Below the pieces are notes generated by a model. The model saw only the letters and a program-made list of their open reading frames with translations, searched no databases and was not told where the DNA came from. From assembly GCA_900617105.1 (NCBI GenBank), contig UYFQ01000839.1, positions 1 to 64,000 of the forward strand: 64,000 nucleotides of DNA, written 5' to 3'. Shown one piece after another: positions 13,752 through 22,642 of this stretch. Both the position numbers and the translations under genes were made by a program. The stretch's first letter is position 1. Each line of letters begins with the position of its first letter. This DNA is from Hydrurus foetidus. Its lineage: Eukaryota.

Positions 13752-14159
13752 ATGCTTCGCGCCCTGACCCTTCTTCCGCTCGTCCTTGCCAGCGTCCTGG
13801 CAGCCTCGGCGTCTCCGGCCTTGGCCAATTCCGGCAAGAAGGAGGAGAAGGCGCCTGTGACCTATTTCGCCTTCAAGCCCCTGACGGCGGTCGCCCTGCG
13901 GCGTGATGGGCGACGCGGCGTGCTGACCCTTGAAGCCGGCATCGAGGCCAAGGATCCCAAGCTGATGGAGCGCGCCCAGCAGTCGGAGCCACGCCTGCGC
14001 GCCGCCTTCGCCCAGGTGCTGATGACCTATGCCTCGGGCATGCGGCGCGGCGATCCGCCGGACGTCGACTACCTGTCGCGGGAAATGCAGAAGACCGCCG
14101 ACAAGGTGCTGGGCAAGTCCGGCAGCCGGGTGCTGTTGGGCTCGGCGCTCATGAACTGA
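13752..14159 (+). CDS. Exported protein resembling the FliL C-terminal domain
   Basis: Signal peptide, then PRLRAAFAQVL..Y and a C-terminal VLG....VLL pattern typical of FliL-like proteins. Confidence 0.65.
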   Translation: MLRALTLLPLVLASVLAASASPALANSGKKEEKAPVTYFAFKPLTAVALRRDGRRGVLTLEAGIEAKDPKLMERAQQSEPRLRAAFAQVLMTYASGMRRGDPPDVDYLSREMQKTADKVLGKSGSRVLLGSALMN

Positions 14160-14452
14160 TCCATCCTGCGGTTCCGCGGCCTGCACCGGGCCGGGCGGCC
14201 ATGGGGTGAGCTTGAGTTTCCGCATCCTGAAGCTAGGATGGCCCGTCACTCCAACGGTGGTTTTATGTCCGAGATTGTAAGCGAGGCCCGGGCCTAACAG
14301 GCTCCGAACCCTCCGGTTCGCCAGTCGATCAGGCCCTGATCCGTCCGCAGCCCCTGCGGATGCGCGTCGTCGTGTCCGCACTCCGAGAATGAGCGGGTCT
14401 CTCCGAGATCCGGGGGTTTGCGTTCCCACGCCTCGATCCTCGGACAATCTCC

Positions 14453-14728
14453 TTGAACATCTCCAAAGCGCAGCAACGCACGCTGCACGCCCTGGCGCAG
14501 GGCGCCCGTATCGAACCCGTACGCGACGACCATGGCCGCCTGGTCGACGTCGACTGCATCACCCGAGAAGGCTGGCGGCTGAGCGACTGCTCCCTGAGCG
14601 TCTTCAAGGCGCTGAAGAAGCGGCGACTGATCGCCAGCAGCGGCGGCGGCCCCTACCGCATCACGCGGGAAGGCGCCGTCAGCCTGAGGTCGCAGCTGGA
14701 CAACCGCGTCACCGCGCGCGGCTGGTAG
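14453..14728 (+). CDS. yjhX: YjhX/UPF0386 (TopAI) family toxin-like protein
   Basis: [18 protein letters not shown]...[35 protein letters not shown]...RSQLDNR matches the family pattern. TTG start. Confidence 0.85.
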   Translation: MNISKAQQRTLHALAQGARIEPVRDDHGRLVDVDCITREGWRLSDCSLSVFKALKKRRLIASSGGGPYRITREGAVSLRSQLDNRVTARGW

Positions 14729-15294
14729 CTACGCGGCCAGCTTGAGGAACAGGACACGCGCGGCGCCATAGTCGCGCGTGTCCAAGACCGTAAAGCCCGG
14801 CGTGGCGGGCTCGGGTTCGTCGCGGCCGCGCTCGAACATCACGATGGCGCCGGGCTTCAGCCAGCCATGGGCCAGCAGCTGGGCCAGGGCCTTTTCGCCC
14901 AGCCCTTGGCGTAGGGCGGATCCAGGAAGGCGATGTCGAACGGCGCGCCGACACTGGACGGCGGCAGGCCAAGATCGGTCGCGTCGCGTCGATGCACGCG
15001 GGTGACACCGAACAGATTCATGGCGTCGATGTTCTCGCGGATCGCGCCGCGCGCCGGATCGGCGGTCTCGACAAACAGGCAGAAGGCCGCGCCGCGCGAC
15101 AGGGCTTCCAGTCCCAGGGCGCCCGAGCCGGCGAACAGGTCGACGACGCGCGCGCCGTGCAGTTCCGGCGCCCAGGCGGCGTGCTCCAGGATGTTGAACA
15201 CCGCCTGGCGCGCGCGGTCGGAGGTCGGCCGGGTGGCGTCGCCGGGCGGGGCGACGATGGCCTTGCCGCGATACTGGCCGGAAACGATGCGCAT
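14729..15294 (-). CDS. rsmD: 16S rRNA m2G966 methyltransferase (frameshift near 14905)
   Basis: MRIVSGQYRG, TRPTSDRARQAVFNIL, DLFAGSGALGLEALSRGA, FLDPPY. Confidence 0.94.
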
Positions 15295-15914
15295 CAGGCT
15301 GCGGCCGGCGGGGTCGACAGCCGGGCCACCCAGCGGCCTATCAGCGAGAACACGCCCAGCAGGGCCGCCATCACCGCCCATCCCCAGGGATAGGCAAGAC
15401 TGAAGAAGGATAGGCCGCACATCAGGCCCGGCAGCAGGGCGACGCGCAGCAGTATGAATAGGGCCTCGGGCCAAGGCGTTGGGTTGGCCAGCTTGCCAAT
15501 AAAGGCCGCATAACCCCAGGTCACAGCCAGGGCCACGCCGATCGCCGCCACCAGCGCGACATACACCGGGTAGGCCTGACCTGAGACCTGCTCCCATAGA
15601 AGCTCGGTCGCCAGCGGCAACAGCGCGATCAGGCCCAGCACCACGAAGTTCAGGGCGTCGAGAACCCCGTTGGCCTTGGCCAGGCGGGCGAAGATACGGC
15701 GATGGCTGACCCAGTAGATCCCGACCACGGCGAAGCTGACGGCGTAGGCGGCCAGTTTCGGCGCCATCAGGGACAGCAGATGGGGGATGCCGTCCCAGTG
15801 CTCGGGGGGATGGATCTCGATCGCCAGCAGCGTGATGGCGATGGCGAACACCGCGTCCGAAAACAGCACCAGCCTGTGCAGGTGCGCATCGCCTGGATTG
15901 GTGTCGCTCATCAT
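15294..15914 (-). CDS. TMEM175-family (DUF1211) potassium channel-like membrane protein
   Basis: RLVLFSDAVFAIAITLL (RxxxFSD), YAVSFAVVGIYWVSH, about six TM segments. TGATG overlap with rsmD. Confidence 0.88.
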   Translation of the reverse strand: MMSDTNPGDAHLHRLVLFSDAVFAIAITLLAIEIHPPEHWDGIPHLLSLMAPKLAAYAVSFAVVGIYWVSHRRIFARLAKANGVLDALNFVVLGLIALLPLATELLWEQVSGQAYPVYVALVAAIGVALAVTWGYAAFIGKLANPTPWPEALFILLRVALLPGLMCGLSFFSLAYPWGWAVMAALLGVFSLIGRWVARLSTPPAAA

Positions 15915-16044
15915 CGTCCCTTGAACCGCTTGACCCCTGTCGGGTCGATGTGTGCCGCTGTCAGCGGCGAACGGCAAGCGGGACGCTTTACAACCCGCCT
16001 CCAGCGCTTTCTTACCGCAGGGCAGAGGGAGTTTCAACGGCGCG

Positions 16045-17015
16045 ATGGCGATGGAAGCGGTCTTCGAAGCGATGCGGGAGTCGAGGTTTCTCGCCGACCT
16101 GACGTCCTATGATCGCGACGTGCGCCGTCTGGCCGTGGCAGTCCCGGTCGGCGTGCTGGCCGCCGTCGCCGCCGCCGTGCTGGGCGCGGCCTCGGCCTGC
16201 CTGCTGGTGATGGTGGTGGTCAGCGGCCTGGACGGCGCGCCGGCCGCCGCCGCGCTGTTTGCCGTGTTCGACCAGCCGGCCCGGGCCGAGACCGAGGGTC
16301 TGGCTTCGCTGTTCCTGCTGTCGGTCCTGGCCGGGGTCAATGGCGCCGCCGCCCTGGCCTTCGTCGCCGTGAGCGCCGGGCTGAGCCATCGGCCGATCCG
16401 TGGCTATGCCGTCGTGGGCGGTGTCTTTCGCACCCGTCTGCTGGTTGCGGGGCTGGTTCTGGTGGGCGCGATCATGGTGGCGCTGGTGATCGCCGCCGCC
16501 AGTCTGGGCGCGGGCGCGCCGACGCCGCCGATCCTGGCGCTGGCCTCGACAAGCCTGGGGCGCGCCACCTATGCCGGCTTCGCCATCATGCTGCTGGTGA
16601 TCGCCGCCGCCGCCGAGGAGATCGTGTTCCGGGGCTGGCTGCTGAAGCACGCCGGCGCGTTCACGCGCAGTCCGGTGATCCTGATGGCGGTCAATGGCCT
16701 GCTGTTCGCGCTGATCCACTTTGACCCCAACCCCGGCTTCCTGATCCGGGCGGCCATGGGCGCGGGCCTGACCTGGATGACCCTGCGCACCGGCGGCATC
16801 GAGCTGGCGATCGGCGCCCACGCGGCCAACAACATCGTCATCCTGCTGCTGCTACGGCCCTTGTCCCTGACACCCGAGACGCTGCATCCGTTCCAGCTGA
16901 CCTCACTGGTCGGCGCGGTCGGGATCGGGCCGGCTACGCCCTGCTGGCCGAAGCGGTGGTGCGCTGGCCGATCGTCACCCGCTGGTTCGGCAGCCGCGAC
17001 CCGGCCACGATCTAA
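16045..17015 (+). CDS. CPBP (CAAX/Abi) intramembrane metalloprotease
   Basis: AAEEIVFRG (EExxxR), FALIH, AIGAHAANN. The C-terminus is frameshifted. Confidence 0.88.
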
Positions 17016-17045
17016 CGCCAGCGCAAGGGGCGACGGCGCCCAAGC

Positions 17046-18469
17046 CTAGCGCGGCTTTTTGGGCCCCTTGTACGGACGCGGCGCGCCCGGCCTGGTCTCG
17101 AACGCGGCTGGGGCCGAGCGGGACGACTTTTCGGCGGCCGGCTTCGCGCCGGGCTTGCTGAAGGGCTTGCCGCCCGCGCTTGCGGGCCTGGCGAACGCCT
17201 TCGCGCCTGTCTTGCCCGGTTCGGCTGAACGGGCGTCGAAACCACCGGCGCGCGCTGGCTTCGCCGATGAGGGCTTGCCGGCCGCCGCCTTGTCGAAGGA
17301 CCTGGCGCTGGCCACGCCGCCCGCCGCCTGGACCCGAACGACTTGGGGCCCGTCGCGGCCTTGGCCCCGCGCGGGGTCAGATGGTCCGGCTTGGGGCCGA
17401 TCATCTTGCTCTCGATCGACTTGGGGGCGCGCTTGATCGGCTTGACGCCGGCGATGACGACCTTCTTTTTCGGCTTGGCCCAGCCGGCCTTGTAGACCGG
17501 CTTTTCCAGCGTCCGCTCACCCGGCTCGAGAACCTTGGGCAGGGGCGCGGACTTGATGGCCCGGCGCTGCAGTTCGCCGCCCTTGGCGGTGCCCGGCGCG
17601 TGCAGAGGATCGGCCACGCCCATGAATTGCGGCTTGTCGCCGGTGGGCATGTCTTCCTCGGCCACCAGCCCGGCCAGCAGCTCGCGGATCACCCGGGGGC
17701 CGACTTCTTCCACCTGGCCCGGCATCAGGGTGGCCAGGGCGAACGGGCCATAGGAGAGGCGGATCAGGCGATTGACCTTCAGGTCCAGATGCTCGAGCAC
17801 CCGGCGGATTTCCCGGTTCTTGCCCTCGGTCAGCGAGATGGTGATCCAGATGTTCTTGCCGCCGCCGGCCTTGTCCTGGGCCTTGTCGACCTTGGCTTCG
17901 ATCGGGCCATAGCGCACGCCCTCGATGGTGACGCCGTCCTTCAGCCGGTCCAGCCGCGCCTGATCGGTATGGCCAAAGGCGCGGACGCGATAGCGGCGCA
18001 CCCAGCCGTTGTTGGGCGCTTCCAGCTTGCGCGACAGCTCGCCGTCATTGGTCAGCAGCAGCAGGCCTTCGGAGTTCAGGTCCAGACGCCCCACCGAGAT
18101 CAGGCGCGGCAGCTCGCGCGGCAGGGCCTGGAACACCGTCGGGCGTTCCTTGGGGTCGTTGTGGGTGGTCATCAGGCCGGTGGGCTTGTTGTAGCGGAAC
18201 AGCCGCGTCGGCTCGCGCTCGGCCACCAGCTTGCCGTCGACGGTCAGGAAGTCGCCAGGACCCACCTTCACCGCCGGCGTTGTCAGAACCTTGCCATTGA
18301 TGGCGACGCGACCCGCCTCGATCAGCCGCTCGACCTCGCGCCGCGAGGCCACGCCCGCACGGGCCAGGGCCTTGGCGACGCGCTCGCCCGTCGACGGATC
18401 GTCGAGGTCGCCGTCGTGACCGGGCTCGTACAGAGGGTCGTGGGGCGTGTTGGGGGGCAGGTCGTTCAT
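17046..18469 (-). CDS. rluB: Pseudouridine synthase RluB-like with S4 domain and long K/P/A/G-rich tail
   Basis: ERVAKALARAGVASRRE (S4), VGRLDLNSEGLLLLTNDG, EGKNREIRR. The tail is frameshifted near 17335. Confidence 0.9.
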
Positions 18470-18717
18470 GGTCGGTCCTTCGAAGGGCAGGGCGCATCTC
18501 TCGATGGGCTGAGCGGCAAATGCGCACCGAACGCGGTCAGGATCAAGGTTGCGGCGTTTGCGCCGTTCTGAAAATGACATACTGAAAGTGGGTGATCTTC
18601 GAGGCGGCCCTGAAGTCTGCGCCGCGGCTTCGCGGTCTGCAGGCCCGCCCCGTCACCTTGCTGGCCTTGGAGGGCTAGACCATTTCCGATCCTCTGCGCC
18701 TGACTGATGAAGCCGCC

Positions 18718-19165
18718 ATGGCGATCGCCCTGGACGAAGCCCGCGCCGCCGCAGCCCGCGGCGAGACGCCGGTCGGGGCGGTGATCCTTGATCCCAAGAG
18801 CGGCGAGATCCTGGGCGTCGCCGGCAACGGCCCGATCGCCGCCCACGACCCGACGGCGCACGCCGAGATCGCCGTGATGCGGCAGGTGGCGGCTGCTGGA
18901 AACTACCGCCTGCCCGACTGCGAGCTGTACGTAACGCTGGAGCCCTGCGCCATGTGCAGCGGCGCGATCAGCCATGCGCGGATCGGACGGGTGGTGTTCG
19001 GAGCCGAAGATCCCAAGGGCGGCGCCGTGGTTCACGGCCCGCGCTTCTTCGCCCAGCCGACCTGCCACTGGCGGCCGGAGGTGACAGGCGGGTGATGGCC
19101 CAGGAGAGCGCCGACCCGTTGCGGGGCTTCTTCCGCGAACGGCGGGCGGCCAGCCAGCGACCTGA
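18718..19165 (+). CDS. tadA: tRNA adenosine deaminase TadA-like (ends approximate, frameshift near 19090)
   Basis: GETPVGAVI, HDPTAHAEI, LYVTLEPCAMCSGAI. Confidence 0.88.
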
Positions 19166-19248
19166 TCACCCTCCACCCGCCCCGGCACAAGGCGCGGGCC
19201 GGGCGGTCCTGTTCCATTCCGGCGCCAGGACGCCTGGCCGGACGGTCC

Positions 19249-19353
19249 CTAGTAGACGATGCCGAGGCTGCTGATCCCGATGGCGGCCACCACGAAGGCG
19301 GCGATGGCGATCAGTTCATAGCGTTTGAAGAATGGCTTGGTTGGCGTGCGCAT
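19249..19353 (-). CDS. Small (34 aa) single-pass membrane protein
   Basis: MRTPTKPFFKRYELIAIAAFVVAAIGISSLGIVY*, preceded by GGGGGA, with GC3-rich codons in the TM segment. Not in the ORF track. Confidence 0.6.
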   Translation of the reverse strand: MRTPTKPFFKRYELIAIAAFVVAAIGISSLGIVY

Positions 19354-19429
19354 GTTCAGGTCCCCCGTCCCAAATTGGTTCGTCGGGAAGGATCGCCCGC
19401 AAGGCTCAGGCCAAGGTTAGGGTCGAAGG

Positions 19430-19888
19430 TCAGGGTCGTTTTCCGGGCCAGACCAGGAAGCCGTCGGCGTCGCGGCCGGCGACGCGGTACTCGGTAAACC
19501 GCGAGGGGCCGGGGCCGTAGCGGTCTTCCTGCCGGTGTTGGGCGCGCGGATCGTGGTCGCCGCCGTAGCGATCGGCGTGATGGGCCGGCAGGGTCTCGAC
19601 CTCAAGCGGGCGGCGGCCATAACCCCATGGGTCAAGGCCGGTCCAGCCGCGTTCGGCGTCGCAGTCCACGCGGTCCCAGCGATAGGCGCCGCCGGGGCCG
19701 GTGACCCGGCGCGTCACACAATCGCCGGGCCCGGTGTTGGGCGGCAGCAGCTCCGGATCCAGCGGCAGTCCGGGTCGCGACAGCGGCGCACCGCCCCTCA
19801 GGCCCTGATCGGAACCCGCAGCCATGGCGGCGCCGGCGAGCAGGGCGCCGGCTGCGGCGAGACAGAAGGACAGGCGGGAAAAGATCAT
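19430..19888 (-). CDS. Hypothetical exported protein
   Basis: GAGGAG ribosome-binding site, signal peptide MIFSRLSFCLAAAGALLAGAAMA, and a PPNTGPGDCVTR...WDRVDC Cys pair. Confidence 0.7.
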   Translation of the reverse strand: MIFSRLSFCLAAAGALLAGAAMAAGSDQGLRGGAPLSRPGLPLDPELLPPNTGPGDCVTRRVTGPGGAYRWDRVDCDAERGWTGLDPWGYGRRPLEVETLPAHHADRYGGDHDPRAQHRQEDRYGPGPSRFTEYRVAGRDADGFLVWPGKRP

Positions 19889-20010
19889 GGAACGCTCCTC
19901 GACCGGCAGCAAAGCATTAACAAAGGTTAACGGCCTGCGGGTTCACCCGGCGCGCGAACGGAGCGTCACCACAGGCGCTTGCCTCGCGTCGAGCCGCGCC
20001 CTACCGTCGA

Positions 20011-20026
20011 TCAAACAACTGTTTGA
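20011..20026. promoter_or_regulatory. Palindromic operator TCAAAC-N4-GTTTGA (PsrA-like)
   Basis: Perfect 6+6 inverted repeat 7 nt before the HAD start codon. The same motif occurs at 21050-21067. Confidence 0.6.
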
Positions 20027-20033
20027 GGGCTGC

Positions 20034-20675
20034 ATGGCGATCGAGGCGGTGATCTGGGATTTCGGCGGTGTCTTCACCACCTCGCCATTTGAGGCTTTCC
20101 GCCGCTACGAGACGCAGCGGGGCCTGCCGACCGACTTCATCCGCACGGTCAACTCCACGGATCCCGACACCAATGCCTGGGCGCGGTTCGAGCGGTCCGA
20201 GATCGACGCGGCGGGCTTTGACGCCTTGTTCCTGGAAGAGGCCACGCGCCTGGGCCACGCGGTGCGCGGGGCAGACGTCCTGCCGCTGCTTTACGGCGAT
20301 CTGCGGCCACGGGTGCTGGCCGCGATGCTGGCCTGCAAGGCGCAATTCAAGGTCGGCTGCATCACCAACAATGTCACCACCGGTCACGGCGCGGGCATGG
20401 CCTCCAGCGCCGAAAAGGCCGCCGCCGTCGGTGAGATCATGGGCCATTTCGCGGTGGTGATCGAAAGCTCCAAGGCCGGGGTCCGCAAGCCTGATCCGCG
20501 CATCTATCTGATGATGTGCGAGGCCCTGAACGTCGCGCCGGAGAACTGCGTCTATCTCGACGACCTGGGGGTCAACTGCAAGCCGGCCGCCGCCCTGGGC
20601 ATGACCGCGATCAAGGTCTCCAGCGAGGACCAGCTGCTCGCCGACCTTGCGAAGGCGACCGGATTGGCGTTCTGA
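20034..20675 (+). CDS. HAD-IA family hydrolase (resembles the epoxide hydrolase/ACAD10 N-terminal phosphatase domain)
   Basis: AVIWDFGGV, CITNN, ESSKAGVRKPDPRIY, VYLDDLGVNCKPA. Confidence 0.9.
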   Translation: MAIEAVIWDFGGVFTTSPFEAFRRYETQRGLPTDFIRTVNSTDPDTNAWARFERSEIDAAGFDALFLEEATRLGHAVRGADVLPLLYGDLRPRVLAAMLACKAQFKVGCITNNVTTGHGAGMASSAEKAAAVGEIMGHFAVVIESSKAGVRKPDPRIYLMMCEALNVAPENCVYLDDLGVNCKPAAALGMTAIKVSSEDQLLADLAKATGLAF

Positions 20676-20708
20676 AGGGGGGATCATCCCTTCGCGTCAG
20701 GACCTGCC

Positions 20709-20990
20709 ATGTCACGCCCCCGGATCGGCGCCGCCGCCGCTGTTGCGCAGCTTTCGGGCTGGAGCGCTGCGCCGGACAAGGATGCCATCACCAAGACGTT
20801 CAAGTTCGCCGATTTCAATGCCGCCTTCGGCTTCATGACCCGCGTGGCCCTGATGGCCGACAAGCTGGATCACCATCCCGAATGGTTCAATGTCTACAAC
20901 CGGGTCGAGGTGCTGCTGACCACCCATGACGCCGATGGCGTGACGGAGCTGGACCTGGCGCTGGCGACGTTCATGGACTCAGTGGCTTAG
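20709..20990 (+). CDS. phhB: Pterin-4-alpha-carbinolamine dehydratase
   Basis: [34 protein letters not shown]...LTTHD. Confidence 0.95.
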   Translation: MSRPRIGAAAAVAQLSGWSAAPDKDAITKTFKFADFNAAFGFMTRVALMADKLDHHPEWFNVYNRVEVLLTTHDADGVTELDLALATFMDSVA

Positions 20991-21049
20991 CGCCAACCTC
21001 GGACGCCGCCTCCAAAACCGTTTCCCCCTTCCGCCTTGGCCCCTTCCAG

Positions 21050-21067
21050 TTCAAACTAATGTTTGAA
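21050..21067. promoter_or_regulatory. Palindromic operator TTCAAAC-N4-GTTTGAA (PsrA-like)
   Basis: Perfect 7+7 inverted repeat just upstream of the GGAGG ribosome-binding site of the SDR gene. Confidence 0.65.
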
Positions 21068-21085
21068 TAATTGGGAGGACGCCAA

Positions 21086-21871
21086 ATGGCGCAGAACACG
21101 GGCCGGGTCGCCGGCAAGAAGGCCTTCATCACCGGCGGGGCCCAGGGTCTGGGCGCGGCGGCCGGGCGCATGCTGGCCAGCCAGGGCGCCAAGGTCAGCC
21201 TGGCCGACATCAACCTGGCCGGAGCCCAGGCGGTCGCCGATGAGATCAACGCCGCCTACGGCGCTGGCACGGCCTTCGCCTTCGAGCTCGACGTCACCCA
21301 GGAAGACGAATGGATCGCGGTGCTTGAGAAGGCCACCCAGGCCATGGGCGGCCTGTCGGTGCTGGTCAACAATGCCGGCATCGGCGGCGACGGTCCGATC
21401 GAGAGCCTCGATTTCGCCCTCTGGAAGAAGGTGATGTCGGTCAATGTCGACTCGGTCTTCCTCGGCGCCAAGCACGCCCTGACCCACATGCGGGCCCATC
21501 AGCCGGGCTCGATCATCAATCTGAGCTCGATCGCCGGCCTGATCGCCAACGGCAATTCGCCGGCCTACAACGCCTCCAAGGCGGCGGTCTGGCTGCTGTC
21601 CAAGAACATCGCGCTGTACTGCGCCAAGATGAAGCTGGATATCCGCTCCAACTCGATCCACCCGACCTTCATCGACACCCCGATCCTCGACGGCTTTACC
21701 GCCCGGTTCGGCAAGGAAGAGGCCCACGCCAAGCTGGCGCGGCAGGTGCCTTGGGCCGGATCGGCGAGCCCAACGACATCGCCAATGCGGTGCCTCTATC
21801 TGGCCAGCGACGAGAGCAAGTTCATGACCGGCGCCGAGATCAAGGTCGACGGCGGCATTTCGGCGATGTGA
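21086..21871 (+). CDS. Short-chain dehydrogenase/reductase
   Basis: TGGAQGLG, NNAGI, SSIAG, YNASK. Confidence 0.94.
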   Translation: MAQNTGRVAGKKAFITGGAQGLGAAAGRMLASQGAKVSLADINLAGAQAVADEINAAYGAGTAFAFELDVTQEDEWIAVLEKATQAMGGLSVLVNNAGIGGDGPIESLDFALWKKVMSVNVDSVFLGAKHALTHMRAHQPGSIINLSSIAGLIANGNSPAYNASKAAVWLLSKNIALYCAKMKLDIRSNSIHPTFIDTPILDGFTARFGKEEAHAKLARQVPWAGSASPTTSPMRCLYLASDESKFMTGAEIKVDGGISAM

Positions 21872-21878
21872 TCTGGAG

Positions 21879-21998
21879 ATCCTCTCCCTGATGGGAGAGG
21901 TGTCGCCACAGGCGACGGAGAGGGAAGTATCAGCGGGGGGTCCGCATCACTTCCCCCTCCGGTCGCTACGCGACCACCTCCCCCGTCGGGGGGAGGAT
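21879..21998. repeat. Intergenic palindromic repeat, family B (CCTCTCCC..GGGAGAGG)
   Basis: ATCCTCTCCC-TGAT-GGGAGAGG...CCTCCCCC-GTC-GGGGGGAGGAT, lying between convergent genes. Confidence 0.8.
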
Positions 21999-22008
21999 TG
22001 TCTTGCCC

Positions 22009-22566
22009 TCACCGCGGCGCCCGCTTGGCCAGGATCCGCTGCAGGGTCCGGCGGTGCATGTTCAGGCGGCGCGCGGTCTCAGACACGTTGTGGCCGCACA
22101 TTTCATAGACCCGCTGGATATGTTCCCACCGCACGCGGTCGGCGCTCATCGGGTTGTCCGGCGGCACCGGCGCGGCGTCCTTGGCGGCCAGCAGAGCGCG
22201 GGCCACCTCATCGGCGTCGGCCGGCTTGGAGAGGTAGTCGACCACCCCGGCCTTCACGGCCGCCACGGCGGTGGCGATATTGCCATAGCCGGTGAGCATG
22301 ATGATCTTGGCGTCGGGCCGGGCGTCGCGCACCGCCTCGACGACCTTCAGCCCCGTGCCGTCCTCCAGCCGCATGTCGAGCACGGCGTGGGCGGGGGCGT
22401 GAACGCGCAGCAGGGCCAGGGCTTCGGCCACCGAGGCGGCCAGGGTCACCACGAACCCCCGCTGCTCCAGCGCGCGTCCCAGGCGTGTGCGCAGGGGCGC
22501 ATCGTCGTCGAGAAGCAGAAGCGTCTTGTCGGGCAGGGCCGCAACCAGCTCACTAATATCCGCCAT
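22009..22566 (-). CDS. regA: RegA/ActR/PrrA (SpdR-like) response regulator
   Basis: LLLLDDD, LTGYGNIATAVAAVK, PMSADRVRWEHIQRVYE.C.HNVSETARRLNMHRRTLQRILAKRAPR. Confidence 0.95.
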   Translation of the reverse strand: MADISELVAALPDKTLLLLDDDAPLRTRLGRALEQRGFVVTLAASVAEALALLRVHAPAHAVLDMRLEDGTGLKVVEAVRDARPDAKIIMLTGYGNIATAVAAVKAGVVDYLSKPADADEVARALLAAKDAAPVPPDNPMSADRVRWEHIQRVYEMCGHNVSETARRLNMHRRTLQRILAKRAPR

Positions 22567-22642
22567 GACTTCAGCGCCTCCCCGCGCCCGTACTCGACCG
22601 AGTACACTCATAAAGCATCATGTTGTCCTTCCCGGCTAGGCA

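Noticed and set aside
14300..14420. Cuckoo-family sRNA assignment for the C-rich-loop hairpins
   Set aside because: The loops are CTCC, CCC or TCC rather than the CCTCCTCCC motif, so the region is kept only as an unassigned structured leader.
16045..17015. CPBP/Abi protein as a phage abortive-infection system
   Set aside because: The Abi name of this protease family is historical, and there is no defence-island context here.
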